A DNA stretch of 64,000 nucleotides from positions 10,106,001 to 10,170,000 of the forward strand of contig OX597832.1 in the NCBI GenBank assembly GCA_951406725.2, read 5' to 3'. The number at the start of each line of letters is the position of its first letter. Position 1 is the first letter of the stretch. Made by a program: the position numbers and the translations under genes. The stretch comes from Octopus vulgaris (taxonomy: Eukaryota). Under the pieces are notes generated by a model. The model was not told the DNA's origin. It ran no database searches and was given only the letters and a program-made list of their open reading frames with translations. Positions 1 through 14,713 of the stretch are shown here, piece after piece.

Positions 1-15
1 TGGTTATACATGTAC

Positions 16-74
<59 letters not shown>

Positions 75-441
75 CTCTCAGTTATACTGTTGTAAAACGA
101 AAAGGGAAATATACCCAAACCGAGAGTGAGAAATTGTTGTAGCTACAAGCTTTGAAAATGATATACAATTACTATTCGGGATTTAATGATATGTCGTAAT
201 ATTACGAAATCTTGCACGACTTATTTCCTATTAATAACTGTTTTCTTTTAATTGAAATTAAAAATTTGCTGAATTTATTTGAAATGTTTTGAACATAATT
301 AAGTAGAGTGACTAGATGTAAACGAAAATAGTACCATTATTTGAGAATCACGCACGATTAGAATTTACACAACACAAACAACATCTCCATTATTTTCATA
401 TTGTCTTTGAATATTTGTTGAATATAAGTCATATCTACAAA

Positions 442-510
<69 letters not shown>

Positions 511-1103
511 GATATATATATCTATATAGATGTTTATATATCAATATACGTATGTATGTGGTATATATACATATGCATGTATATATATATATATATAATA
601 TGTTACGTAGGCGGTTATTTGTAGCTACGTGTGCTTACATATGTGCGTGTAAGTTCATAAATAAGTAGTTCAATACAAAAGTGACAGCTGTCGTAGTTAC
701 CTGGTGAGGATTTAATGGATGTTTATTCCTTCGTGATTTCACTGACAATATGACGTCTTATAATAATAAAATTATATTTTTGTTTTTCGTTGCATCATTC
801 ATTTGTTATATTATCATACTTTCGAAGATAGGACAACTCGCTTGTTAAAAGTTTCCTTTGCAAGTAAGAATAAATAAATATTTCATATCTTCTTTCGATA
901 AGTTGGTATTTATTATGTATTGTCTGGAATGCACATTGCTATATAGAATAATTTTTGTTAGCTTTCATTTTGTTTCTTCACTGAATTCGCTGTGTAGCAA
1001 CTATAATTCTGCGTTCCTATACACAGGAAAAATATCGTATAAATAAATTGAAAATTTTAACAAATATTTGCAAATAGTAAAAATTAATATACAATGAAGG
1101 TTT

Positions 1104-1142
<39 letters not shown>

Positions 1143-1209
1143 GCGTAGGTGTGATGTAAAGTGCACACAAAAATCTATATAAGTATATATGTGTATGTTG
1201 TGTGTGCAT

Positions 1210-1250
<41 letters not shown>

Positions 1251-1277
1251 ATGTATATGTATATATATGTGTATGTG

Positions 1278-1327
<50 letters not shown>

Positions 1328-1999
1328 TAAGTGTGTGTTCGTGCATGCGAGTGTTTATATGTTTGCGCGTATGTTTGTGTATCTGTGTACGCATATATAT
1401 AGCTATGTATGCGCGAATGGCATTTCGGCATATCTGCGTTGGCAAAATATGAAAAAAACGAAAGATGTGCACTTTTGACATTTATAAGCTAACAGTGATT
1501 TATATATCGATTTCTGATAGAATATAATAACCTAAAGGAAAATACTATCTGTCGCTGCGATGAAATACCATAAAAGTCTCTGCATGTATTTGAGCTTAAT
1601 AGCAAAATAACAACATATACAAGTACGCTTGTACTACTTAGATTACATAGAGTTTACCGGGTTTTGGTAGATGCTAATTATATTGTCAACAGTTCAAGGA
1701 TTCAAGAATATGAAACATCGAAAGAACTTAGTTTCAAATGTATCATTGATGTTGAATGAATCCATATGATGAACACTTCATATTTCACTTTCGTTGTTTC
1801 AATAGTTATTTCTTCGTCAGAAACATAGGAGAAGGATGTCAAATGGATTGAATTGCGAATGAAGTAAGGTAATCTTAATATGTAGCCTTCGGTTTATACG
1901 GTGATGGAAATAAAAGGACTATTTCTATAGTATGTTTTCCTATTACCATGACATTTAATTGATCTTCCTCTTCCGTTAGAGATATGCATACATACACAC

Positions 2000-2068
<69 letters not shown>

Positions 2069-2089
2069 TGTATGTGTGTATATGTTTGT

Positions 2090-2294
2090 GACCTCATGAC
2101 CTCGTGTGTACCGTTGGCGATTTTTTTGTTCTCTCTTCCCTTCGCTAGATCTTTCCTTCTCCTATGTTTCTGACGAAGAGCTCCGCTCGAAAACTTAAGC
2201 AGTCCTTCTTTCCTTCTTTTCTGAGCGTCCAATAATACTATATTTGTTCCGTGTCCACGCGTTGTTGTGCTTTTTTGTGCTTTCTTGTTTGGAT

Positions 2295-2300
<6 letters not shown>
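2090..2300 (+). mobile_element. Short non-coding Penelope pLTR/retrozyme-like module containing a minimal hammerhead
   Basis: A pyrimidine-rich stretch leads into a hammerhead core at 2170-2192 and then a T-rich tail, all between two (TA)n arrays. It shares the downstream motif 'gagcgtc(c/a)aa' with the copy at ~56100-56330. Confidence 0.55.
2166..2201 (+). ncRNA. Minimal type-I hammerhead ribozyme motif
   Basis: CTGACGA (2170-2176), a, GAGC-tcc-GCTC stem II, GAAA (2189-2192), act-TA. The core and stem II are intact; stems I and III are imperfect. Confidence 0.6.
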
Positions 2301-2357
<57 letters not shown>

Positions 2358-2379
2358 CCTTTATTATTTCCTTTTCTTT

Positions 2380-2784
2380 TATTCTTTTACTTGTTTCAGT
2401 CATTTGACTACGGCCATGCTGGAGCACCGCCTTCAGTCGAGCAAGACTTATTCTTTTTCAGCCTAGTACTTACTCTAACGGTCTATTTTGCCGACCCGCT
2501 ATGGTACAGGGACGTAAACACACCAGCATCGTCTGTCAAACAACGTCGGTGAGGGGGGGCACAAAACCATATACACAGGCATACATATATATATATACAT
2601 ATATACGATGGACTTCTTTCAGTTACCGTCTACCAAATACACTCACAAAGATTTGGTGGGCCCGAGGCTAGTACTTATTATATCGGGCTCTTTTGCCGAA
2701 CCGCTACCTTACGGTGACGTAGATACACCAGCATCGGTTAACAAGCGATGTTGTTGGTATAAACACACACTCGCACACACGGAC

Positions 2785-2836
<52 letters not shown>

Positions 2837-2996
2837 GACGGGCTTCTTTCAGTTTCCGTTAACCAAATCCACTAAAAAATCTTTGGTCGGCGCGAGGCTA
2901 TAGTAGAAAACACTTTCCCAAGATGCCGCACAGTGGGACTGAACCCGGAACCATGTGGTTGGTAATCAAACTACTTACCCAACAGCCACTCCTGCA
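2380..2996 (-). mobile_element. tRNA-derived SINE family A with internal duplication
   Basis: The minus-strand head has an A-box (TGGCTGTTGG) and B-box (GGTTCAGTCC). The body is homologous to 45527-45958, and the central ~200 bp occurs twice. Confidence 0.85.
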
Positions 2997-3149
2997 CCTG
3001 TATGTTTTCATAGGAACATCCGACAAAACGTGTGTCTTCCTTCCAAAAGCCCAACTACGAGATAGAAACCTGCATGCTTGCCACGTGAAATATAGGAAAT
3101 CTCTGTACTTGCCTATCTTTCTTGTTTCACCTGCTAAACCTGATGACCA

Positions 3150-3340
3150 ACGACCTACCGGAGCTGGGTCAGTGACTTCCTCACAAATCGTACCCAATTC
3201 GACAGTTATCACAACCAACGTCGTGATTACTACGGAAAGAAATTATTGCCTGCCACTACTAAGTTGGCCCACAGCCGTGACCGATAGAATTAATATTATG
3301 ATGACGATTTTTATCGTTGCCTACCTCAAAATGTTCATCT
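3150..3340 (+). mobile_element. Possible highly decayed non-LTR RT fragment
   Basis: It translates to SWVSDFLTNRTQF (like WIxDFLTNRxQ of L2/Rex-type RTs), with a YYDDD (YADD-like) motif further downstream. Confidence 0.3.
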
Positions 3341-4089
3341 ACAACTACCACGACACGTACCTCCAACATTATCATCACCTACTACCACGGCTCATACCAT
3401 CACTCGCGTTTCCAAGCTATAGCTAACCATCACTCAGCACCCCAGTTTGACGTAAATCGCCACCGGTACCACGATTTGGGTGGGGTGAAAATCTGCTGCT
3501 ATCAAATTAGTTGAGATCGACGACCAGATTTTCAGCAAGAGACTAAATATCCCATGCTACAGCAAATTAATAAATATATCATGCGCATTCAGTAGTCACA
3601 CACTATGCCTTCAATATAACAGAAATGAAATAAAGGTTTCTGTGTTTGTCTTCATTTACCGGTTTTACTCAAAGGCTGCGGTCATGCTGGAACACTGCCT
3701 TTTCGTGTGTAAATTTTGAAATGCTTACTTCAGGAGATTTTATGAGTAGGATTCTGCCAAAACTGTAGTGATTTGATTGATGGCATTTCGTTCATAGCTA
3801 ATATTAATATTTGGAGATCTCCATACTGTTTTGTAAGACCATTTGTCTGACCTTTTCAATGAAATTTGCTTTTGCGAAGATATTGTTATTCTATTTTGTT
3901 TGCAAATTAAGCAGTACAAAATAAATATCAATGGAGCTGGATATTTATGTAGATTCTTAAATACAATTGTTTTGCTTATTGAAACGATTTGTTTACTTAA
4001 GCAACGCCTTGCTGCAATGTTTCTATTGCACATTGAATAACAATTAATGTCTGAAATCTTCAACTGAAAACGAAAGTAGTTTGCTAGAA

Positions 4090-6850
4090 ATTTGTTGTTT
4101 CTTCTAGCAGGCTGCAGTTTCCTTTCCTGCGTTGTTAATATTCCCATTAAGAAACTTGATATATTCCTTAAAACACACGTTGATTTACTCCCTATCAAAT
4201 ATGGATGCAAAGTATATTTCGACTGCAGATTGGGTGAATTTTCCAACTCAGAACATCTTCCATGTTGTGTAGAGACTAAAAGTGCAATCAGTTAGATTTA
4301 GCGATCCTGTACGAAGAGGTCTCGATCTTTTAGCAAAAGCTTTGTAAAGAATATTTTCGTAGTCATTGTAAGAAGAAAATAAATTAGCCCACATCGACTC
4401 TTTACTAACTCTAGCGTTAATTTTACTGCTTTTGTTACATGACTTTAAGTAACTTCTAATATAATAGAGGTATTTTTAATTTACTTCCAATGATAGAGAT
4501 CCCATATTTTCATACGTGTAGGGAAACGAAGGGCGCCTGAAGTTTTTTAAATTATTTATTTGTAAATAGGAGAACATGAACAGTTGTTAGCATGTTGAAT
4601 GATCGCTTAAAAATAACATTGTTTTTTTTTATTAAGATTACGCCATGAAGTGATTTTTAACTATTAATTACAATTTATTGCTGAAAAATTTAATGTTGCG
4701 CAAATTGCAGCCCTTCATTATAAATGTTGACCTCAGGATTTACGTTTACGTCATGATGATCAAAACACGATATTATGAAGGCAATGAACGCCAAATAAAA
4801 GAAGGACGGCACAGAAATGACAGGTTTTAGCAAATGTTGCGTTAGCTTACCTCATAAGACTAATTCTGACGTTTTGCAAAACAGTCCTCCATCAGACAAA
4901 CTTTTGACGGAAAACGGAGGTGTATGAAAAAGGAAAGTGTTTGGAAGAAGAGAGTGTTTCTGTATATTGGGATATGAAACATTCTAAGTGTGTGATTGCA
5001 CCGTTGGGGGCAGTTGGTTTCAATAAAAGTTAATATTTATTTTGTCAATTAAGTGCCAAATTATGGGCAATAAAAATACAAGGCAAATGACAATAATTTA
5101 ACTGAGACATAGACTGTCAAAATTTCCCTGTTGCTTATTACTGTAATCTGGTATATATTATCTTTAATACTGCTGCTATAGCTAAGACATTCTACGAACT
5201 TATAGGAAAGGTTAAACTAACTTATTCTGGCTGGAACTGTGATATTACTACTTTAAACATGGAGGTATTATATTGGTCTCATCTAAAGGCAAGCTATTCC
5301 TGAAGTGTCATTTTCCTGTGTGTCACTCTCATGACATCAATCTCGTCATAATTCATTGAAAATTCTGAATAATGACAATCAAGGTATATGTTAAACATAA
5401 AACTACAGTACAGTAGTCGATTTATATATATTATTTTTGTCAAATGTTCTCGTTTAAAACCGGATGGAGAAAGATGTATGCTTCTGCTTTACATTTTGTG
5501 CTCGGCTTTACACAGTGAAGAATCGCATGCAACGATCCTACACAATAGATATGCAAAATAATTTCCTGAATTTAAAGAACGTATATATTTCTTTCAGAGT
5601 GCGTGTGGTTGTTGCAAAATAGCTTTTTAATTGAATGCAATAATTTTTCTCCGGTTGGAAACATTGCTGATATTGCGGAATGTCTTCAAGGCATTGGTAA
5701 TTTAAAATCTATGAGAATGATTCATTGCTGCTAATTTAGCTTTCCGAGTGAATGGCTTCATAGCTTCTGTTGAGTATAAACAGTGGCTGTGGATGATTCC
5801 TAGATATAATGGTACACGTAATTAACTTTGTTCATTCGACAATACTTTTGAATGTAACATGATTTGCAGCAACTTTTCAGAGTAATGGAAGACAGACCAC
5901 ATCTCAACAAAAATTTCGTGTTTAGTTTCCATGTTTAACATGATGTAATTCATTAAAATTAAAGTAAGTGTTTTCTGAAGCAATAGTTTACCTCTCTATC
6001 TTCTATAATTTCTATTATACTTTCTCCTGTTTCTGGCATTTGTATATATCATGCATGGCTTGCATTAGTTTTTTTAAACCGTTCGTGAATTTAAGATATT
6101 CAATAAAAGTTTAAAATCTGCTGAGACATCTAACAACTTTTAGGCCGCATTCATTTATTATACTTTCCAAAAGATAGGAATAGGTCCTCCAAATAGATAT
6201 TAAATATCTCAAATTATGTGGAGGAAAATTTATGTAAATTGTAATATGTGCTTATCATTTGAGACCTCATTTCCAATAAGATCGATTGTGCAAAACGAAA
6301 AAAAAATTTGGAATTAGTGCACTTTCTCACATTGTTGTACTTCTCTCATTTTCTACCGCTTTTATACCTTTTGTGGGAGATAATTTGAGGAGATTATGTT
6401 GCAAATATCCAGTAAACAAATCATTTTGTTCGTTAAACGTAATTTCGAATGTGCACGTATTTATTCCTTCGCTTATTCCCAATCCTGATTGCAGCAGATA
6501 AGATGAAATGCTGTTTCTTCTAGTATCGTAGGAGATCGACTTTGTTTAGAATAATTAAGATATTCTGGGTATCTCAATTGAGAACACTATATTTCGTTTT
6601 GGCAAGACGGTTGTCCAGTACATAAACTAACGATGCAAATAAACGAGATGAAGGTGAATGTGAAAAAAATAATACCAAAATGTCACTGGGCAAATGTACC
6701 AAACAACAAAGAATCACTTAATTTAAGTGAAAGGAATTCCCATTTTTATGATAAAGTTGAGGAGGTTTCTGTTATGCCGATTCATGAAAAACTGCATCGT
6801 TTGTGGAGATACCCATTCCTCCAAATACTGATGAACACCACCCAACAGAG
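4090..6850 (+). mobile_element. Decayed BEL/Pao LTR-retrotransposon pol remnant
   Basis: Eroded motifs appear in the expected order: VDLL..RLG..P..VET; AIAKTFYEL (like DIEKMFYQV); KAL..ENDSL (like RALGV.W..ESDTF); CKTKKKFG..FSTA..G..FCS..IP (Pao RNase H region); ISIENTIF..TVVQYIN (like FWTDSTVVLQYI); HWANVPNN (like WRHVP). There are many stops and frameshifts. Confidence 0.5.
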
Positions 6851-7920
6851 TAAAGCATTACAGGAAGATATGCACGACGGGAATCTTGGGATTAAATTCA
6901 TTGACCTGAGAACGATTAATTGGAACTTATTAAGAGAACATCATAGTTTCTTTGTACTTATTACATGAATATATAACTGAATCAACAAAGTCTCCTCTGT
7001 TTGAACTCTGCTAAACATTGAGTCCTAATAATAAAATATAAAAACTGGATTACAGCAAAAAAACTGGATTAAAGAACAAAAAAATATCTGGATTAAAGCA
7101 CAATAAAATAATTCCAGTTGACACTTGTTGCTTCATAAAGCAACCCACGCAGAAAATGCTACCGATATTCTGGAAAGTAAAGGCATACGTACAATGGCAT
7201 ACAGTTTCAAACACCGTGGGAAATGAAGCACGAATATTTACACGAGAAATCATCACGATCATCTACACGAGAAATCTGAAGATTTATTTTGCTTTTATTC
7301 TATTTAAACAATGTCCAGTATATTGTGATTGTTTGTGATTTGTTTTTGTATATCAAAGTAATTGTGTTTTATATTTTATATCCAAGCTGTACACATGTAA
7401 CATTTTTTAACTGATTCCACATTTCCTTGTAGCTTTGCCTATTTTGCTTCTCCGTCTACACGCCACTAATCTGTCCCTCTGTTTATCATTCTTCCTATGT
7501 ATCGTTTAGCCATTTGTTGTTAAGAAGGCAAAAACACAGAATTATCTTGACGATTATGTCGATTACGAACACGATGACCACTACGAAAACAATGACGACG
7601 ACAACGATGACAATAATAATGATCATCGTCATGAAAAACCTTGTAAGAACGACTACAAGGTTTAAATTAAAAACAAAGATGATAGTGCTGCTTCACGAGA
7701 TGGTATGGGTGTGACACCGGTCGAAGTGATGGCGGGGAAAACGATGAAATTGTGTTTGTGTTATGAAAATTATGCTGCTGAAAACAAATATTATTGTCAG
7801 CAACACATTTCCTTTATTGTTTTTGCATTTTCTCTTGAGAATCAAACGGCTGTTCCAGTAACAAAATACAATAAAGAGAGAGAAAAAAAAAGTAAATTAA
7901 TACAACAAAAACAAAATTTG

Positions 7921-8246
<326 letters not shown>

Positions 8247-8658
8247 GACAACATATGTACTAGAAGAAAAGGAAGACGCCGAGAAACAGAGTGGCTTGAG
8301 AGATCAATTATATATGTATATACAAACCTTAATCTACCGATATTCTGGAAAGTAAAGGCATACGTACAATGACATTACGAGAAAATGATTGACAGACAAA
8401 TGGAATCCAGTATAAATGTAGAAGAATGACAAGCTGAACTGCAGAAGGAAATGAAAAGAGACGCATCTCGAGTCACGTTTACACAATAAAACCTGTTTAT
8501 CCTAGCCATCATACCTATACCCTCAGTGTCAAAAACATAAAAGTGAATCCAAACGCATAATCCACCATAGCCGCCCCGCGTTCAAGCACAAATGATGCAC
8601 CACAAATATTTTCGCATCCGTAGAAATAAATCTAAGACGTAATACTAGGAAGTAATGA

Positions 8659-8891
8659 AGGCGGCGAGCTGTCAGAATAGTTAGCCCCCGGGCGAAACGC
8701 TGAGCGGTTTTTCGTTTGCCGTTACGCTGTGAGTTCAAATTCAGCCGAGGTTGAATTTGCCTTTCATCATTTCGGGGTCGATAAATTAAGTACCAGTTCC
8801 GCACTTGGATCGATGTAAATGACTTAATACCTATGCCTGTCCTCGTTTGTCCCCTCTAAGTTTAGCCCCTTGTGGGTAATAAAGAAGTAGG
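8659..8891 (+). mobile_element. tRNA-derived SINE family B, full length, with 18-bp TSD
   Basis: GGCGGCGAGCTG head, GAGTTCAAATTC B-box and central GCCTTTCATC..GGGGTCGATAAATTAAGTACCAG domain. Flanks aatacta(g/a)gaagtaatga lie at 8641-8658 and 8892-8909. Confidence 0.9.
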
Positions 8892-11208
8892 AATACTAAG
8901 AAGTAATGAGAAAGGATACATCTAATGGGCATATGATGCGATATGAAACGGAAGATAAAATTCATGTCTATTCCTGAAATTTTGATTATGTCTCTGAAAT
9001 TTGGTCTCAGACAATTAGCTCATAGTACTGCTGAAAGTTTTCCATTGAGGAAAATACATCTAATTCACAATACCTGCGTGATTCCTGCGTTCTCTAGAAT
9101 GTATTTTCTGGGGTAGAGAGTGTATTGGGTAAATATAGTGGTGATCACACATCGTTCCCGGATCAACCTGCTGACGAGAATAACAAGAATACAGGTTAAA
9201 ATTTTAATCAATATCTATAAAGCTGAAATGCGCCAAACTTGTTTGCTTTCTTGGTTATTTGTCTCATTTTGGGACGGGAACTGTTTAATGGGTAGTAGAT
9301 GGGTGCGGATTGGCGCCCAAATTTACACTTGGGGTAAAATTGTGTGGGCAATGGTGTGAGCAGGTTTGCAAGTCGCTCGGGGCTACCGTTTAGTTGCCAT
9401 GGTGAGAAATATGGGAAAAGAAGAAAAGAAGGAGTCTATATATAAATTTTGAGAAGGAAATGTTCCCTAATCATCAGGTTGTTATCATCATTTTTCTATA
9501 ACAATCCCGTACAATGTACTGGGAAACATTTTGTGCATTGCTTGTTAGGGTAGCCATTAGAAAACAGTCCCTAAACATATGCATATCACGATAATATGTC
9601 GTTATGTACACCATTAAAATTGGATGATTTTGTACACATCAGCTCTCATATCACAGTTGTAGCTACCGATGTTTCGGATCCAATCGCTGCGTCACAGAAT
9701 AGAGCATATTTCTGATACAGCCAAAAAAAAGTACAGTAAGCCATCAATAAACATTTACTTGTGACTGAATAGCTCAAGCATATATCGTCATCCAATGAAA
9801 CAATTGGGATTTCTCTGAAAGGATACCCCTCCGCTACTACAGCTCATTGTTTAGCTTTAATTTTTATTTGGAGCACTAGGCTAAAACATCTCTATCTCTG
9901 TCAATAGATATATCGTGAAGGAAATTATGATGTTCGTTCATGCTGTGTATCACGACACTTGTTTATTAATCACTTCATCTAACAAGCTGAATAGCCACCC
10001 TTTATTACTTATTGTTACTAGCTCTCTACTAGATGATTATGTATCACGTCTAACACTTTATAGTAGGACCGACCATATAATTGACATTTGCTCTCATCAA
10101 ATGATATTTGGCTAGCACTCAGTTGTTCAGAATAGTGTTTCGCGTGAGGACATTCGTGGATATAGCAAACTCATTTAGGACCTTCTGCGTTCAGCATTGC
10201 ATTCATCTGTATCCATACAAGTGCCTTTCGTGCCGTGGTTTGTCAAGTTAGGTAGTTCAAGATATGTAGCAAGGTTTCTGAGGAATTCATAACACTTCAG
10301 GGTTAAATATACACATTTTTCCCGTATGTCTTACATACTCCTCCAATATCCTATATTTCCTAGCCGTTCAACAATTCTAACAAAGAGCTCAAAAGTGTAT
10401 AACATAACTCTGTACGATATGTTAAGCGAAATATTATATTAAACCATACATCATATTCTCCTAGAGCTTACTCAATGAATAAAGATGAAAATTTCCTACT
10501 GGAACGTATATATTACAAATACCGCCCCCTCCAGAGCAACAGCGATAACAATTGGAAAACATATTGTGTACATAATGGAAACACAATATCCAACAAAATT
10601 TCGACCCTGATAGGAAGAAAAAGAAAAAAAAAATGAATATTATAGACAGTAGCCATAATATATTATCAGATAAAATAAATCGTGAAAGAATATGGATTAT
10701 AATAGCTATTCAATAAATAACTAACGCTACACATACTTCTTCACAACACTATATAACACTAGGAACTTTGAAATAACAGCAGATATCACAAAATATATCA
10801 CACAGAAATCAAAGCAAATTTAACATGGAAGAAAGAAAATGCATAACAAAATTAAACAACAAAGCAATACAAATGTTTGTATAGTAGCAGTTCACATGAA
10901 ACTGCTGAAACCACGATAACATGAATTATAATTTAACTTACATTTCAAACATGCAGATATGCTATTTTCACACGGGGATTAATTTTAATTAATGATTACA
11001 TTACACATTGAATGATGGAGTCGAAATGACGTCATCAAAGAGATGTTGACAATAAGGAAGGCTATAAAATTTTATGTGCCGTATCAACAATATGGTGTTG
11101 AAGAGAAAATATTAAGAAGAGATTAAAAACAAACTCACTGGTTTTAATCACAAATACTGGAATGCAGAGAATGATTTTAATCAACAAATACACACGCACT
11201 CACACTTA

Positions 11209-11318
<110 letters not shown>

Positions 11319-11371
11319 CGTACATGCATGTGCAAATGCAGGCGCGCGTACACATATATGTATATATCTAT

Positions 11372-11435
<64 letters not shown>

Positions 11436-12785
11436 ACGTGTGTGTGTGTGCATGTGTGTGTATGCATGTACATACACACATACATACATGATGGCTGTTG
11501 AGATAGGTACTGTCAAAGGAAGTGGAAATAATCACACTTCGGAGAGTAAGGTTGAAAATTACTGAAAGCGAGATTATGGACAAAACAAAACATATTAAGG
11601 ATTAGACGACATAAAGTGTTAAAAACAGCGAAGTCTGTATGAAATAAAAACCAAACAAAAACAATGAAACCAAGTAATATTTAAAATTCGCATTGAATTA
11701 TTAAAGAACAATGCAAAGAAAAAGCATGAAAGTTAAATAATTAAGACAGAACGACAAATATTTCTAGATAATAAACTAACAAAGGGATTTCTGGGCTGAA
11801 TCTGTTTTAATTAATTTCAAACAACTAATTGAAATGCAATCTATAACGAAGACGATTAAGGATTTGAAAATGGCAAACATAATTATTTACTGTCTTTCAT
11901 TACGCTCGAATTTTAATTATCCCTCAGCATGTTTAGCTCATAATTTGGAGCATAAATATGTTCTTGTATGGATGCGTACAAGTGTATCCCCGTATACAAA
12001 ACTTTGATACTAGAAACAGGGAGACAGGCATGGCCTAGATCTTATCAAATTACACAAAACCAAAAGCAAAACCCCAAAAATATCCCACACAAAATTTATG
12101 CTGAGACCAAAGTTGTTTGACTGCCAGTTTAACAAAAACGTCTTTCCAAAATAAATATTTGTCACAAAATCGTCAACAACGACTCTAAGATAGCACTTGA
12201 CATTAGTAATTCGGTTTAGTGTCTAGCATTCCCTAAAATGTAGATGAGTGTTACCACTTTCATTTTGTGATGCAGAGTTATATGCACTATTGCTTCCAGA
12301 GATGCATCCAGCGTTATAATTCTGAAGGGGCTTAGGTCGCCAAAGCATTTGAAGATACTCAGACAGCAGGAAGAAAACTTCGATGTATAAAATCACATGA
12401 TTAGTGATTGAATTGAAATGGCTAATTCTAATGTTAGTAACATGATGTTCAATAGGATCAGAAGAATGAGAAGGTTGTAAACCGATGATATACATTCACA
12501 AAGGTGCATGCAGCTGTGACGAGCGGTAGTTTCGCATGAAGCCCCTTGCCGTCAGCTACCGAAGAGACTATCACCAGTGTGATATATACTAACACACACA
12601 CACGCACGCACGCAAACACACACGTGTGTGTGTGTGCGTGCGTGCGGGCGTTGCAGCTGAATATTTGAATTCACCTTAATTAGTGAAATTCAAACCTAGG
12701 CATGTGATAAGGAAATGACGAAATTTTAAATCCCAAGTGGAATATATATATATGCGTGTCTGTGTGGATTATTGACGATGCACCC

Positions 12786-12859
<74 letters not shown>

Positions 12860-13058
12860 AAATATATATATATATATATATAGATATACCCACCATAATA
12901 TTTTCCATAATCACTATGCACATGCAAACGTGCAGTTGCTAACCTTCGATTCCAAAGGCTTCAAAATTATTAGGACTAAAAATATTTGCCTCTTTTTCAC
13001 ACACACATATAGACACACACTCACCGACACACTCATACACAATCACACGCACACAAAC

Positions 13059-13093
<35 letters not shown>

Positions 13094-14558
13094 AAAATAT
13101 GTGTGTGAGTTCGTGTGTTGGTATGTATTTGCTTGCGTGTGGTTACACTGAAAAAGCCCTTACACCACTTCCAACGATTCAATCTAAAGCTAGAACATGT
13201 TTTCGTTATTACTTAAACACATAAACTTACATTATTGCCACTGACCTCTTTATGGGTAATAATTTTCTAAATAGAAACAAAATCAATTGTTTGGCCTGGA
13301 TTTCTTCCAACAAGATACACCCCTAATGGAATTCAATTAACTTCGATCCCTAAATAGAAATAACCGCAAAACATAATCCGGATTACATTCGAACGTCTCA
13401 CCTAATGTCATTATTAATCCTCCATAATTTGTTTGTTACAGTGGAGATTTAACAACAATTATTTCATATAAATAAAGCATTAAACACGTGATCTTATTGA
13501 AGCTGAGTGTAACATCTTAAGTGTTGTTGTTGTTCCTTTTTCTTTTAATCAGTAACACTTGTGTAAATTAACGATTCAATTGCTGATTTATGAAGTGGGT
13601 GACGTTTATATATTGGTTTATGGCGACATTAAACTTGGTGCTCGTGTTTGAAAGCCTGAAAATTCTATGATTTTTTGTCGTTATGGGAATTGTGTTGATG
13701 GTGATATTAATACATTGATCAGGATTGTGAATATTATGCACTGATTCAGAAAAATAGTGACTGAGATGTCGGGCATTGAGGGGAAGTTATGATTACAATG
13801 GTACGGAAGTACAAGAGGTAGAAGTAAAAAAGTAATATATCGAAGGAGACATCTCAAAGTTAAGAATAAAAAAAACTCAGTGGCGATAGTGTCTGGTGTC
13901 TCAGACGTCATACTGTAAGATCATGACAATGCATTATAAAAGTGAAGAGAAGATTTAAATATCACAATGGTTGTCAGAGTCGCTGAATCACATTATAGGC
14001 TATGTGTAACAAAAAAAAGCATGAAATTATGTTACGGCATAACACTTTCGTCATATCGTGAGTACCTTCCAACATGGTGTTATGATGGTTACTTGCCCGG
14101 TTACATCAAAATCTCCGATATCAATTGGGGGTCAGGAGCATTTCTAAAATTTAATAGGTACATATTTAAATTAAGATGGTCCTTCACTCCTTGAAATATA
14201 AATGCAAGATTTCACTTTCCTTCGCATTAATTTTTTGTTTCATAAGATTTAAGAAAGTAACTTTGACTTATGATTATGGAAAATGTATAGACACCTGTCC
14301 TTGATGTGTATTGAACCTAACAACCACAGCCACAACGTTTCGCGGTACTTCTCTCATTCAGTTCTTAATTCGTTATGATACGTGGTTTGTGCCTGATAAG
14401 TATATATTTGAAGTATTTCTGAACATATGAAAATATTAGTAGCATATATAACATGTACTGTGTCTATTAAATATTTATCTCTCACCAGATGGTGTAATTA
14501 ATTCTTTGATCCTACCACCACGGAACAGTACATTATAAATATCTATATATACAAAGAG

Positions 14559-14593
<35 letters not shown>

Positions 14594-14713
14594 GATGGTG
14601 ACCTAAACGAGTAGGTACGCTGAGTAAGTACTATACTTGGTCATCAGTTAGGTTTCAAGTTCACAGCTGAGGCTGGAACTAGGGGCCATATTAGGCTTCC
14701 GTGTTAGCAGGTA

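Noticed and set aside
3138-3175. CTGATGA box
   Set aside because: There is no GAAA after the putative stem II. The same applies to boxes at ~6829, ~9172, ~9473 and ~17684.
3740-4246. 168-aa minus ORF containing CLICKQ (BED-finger-like)
   Set aside because: The downstream His residues of a BED finger are missing, and the opposite strand fits a BEL/Pao relic better.
6598-6630. FWQDGCPVHK resembling the mariner QDGAPxH motif
   Set aside because: There is no following WPPxSPDL motif, and another frame fits Pao RNase H.
12524-12562. Minus-strand CTGACG..gca/tgc..GAAA hammerhead-like motif
   Set aside because: A9 is missing and there is no stem III or cleavage triplet compatible with stem I.
12590-12650. 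Palindrome
   Set aside because: It is only abutting (CA)n/(TG)n microsatellites.
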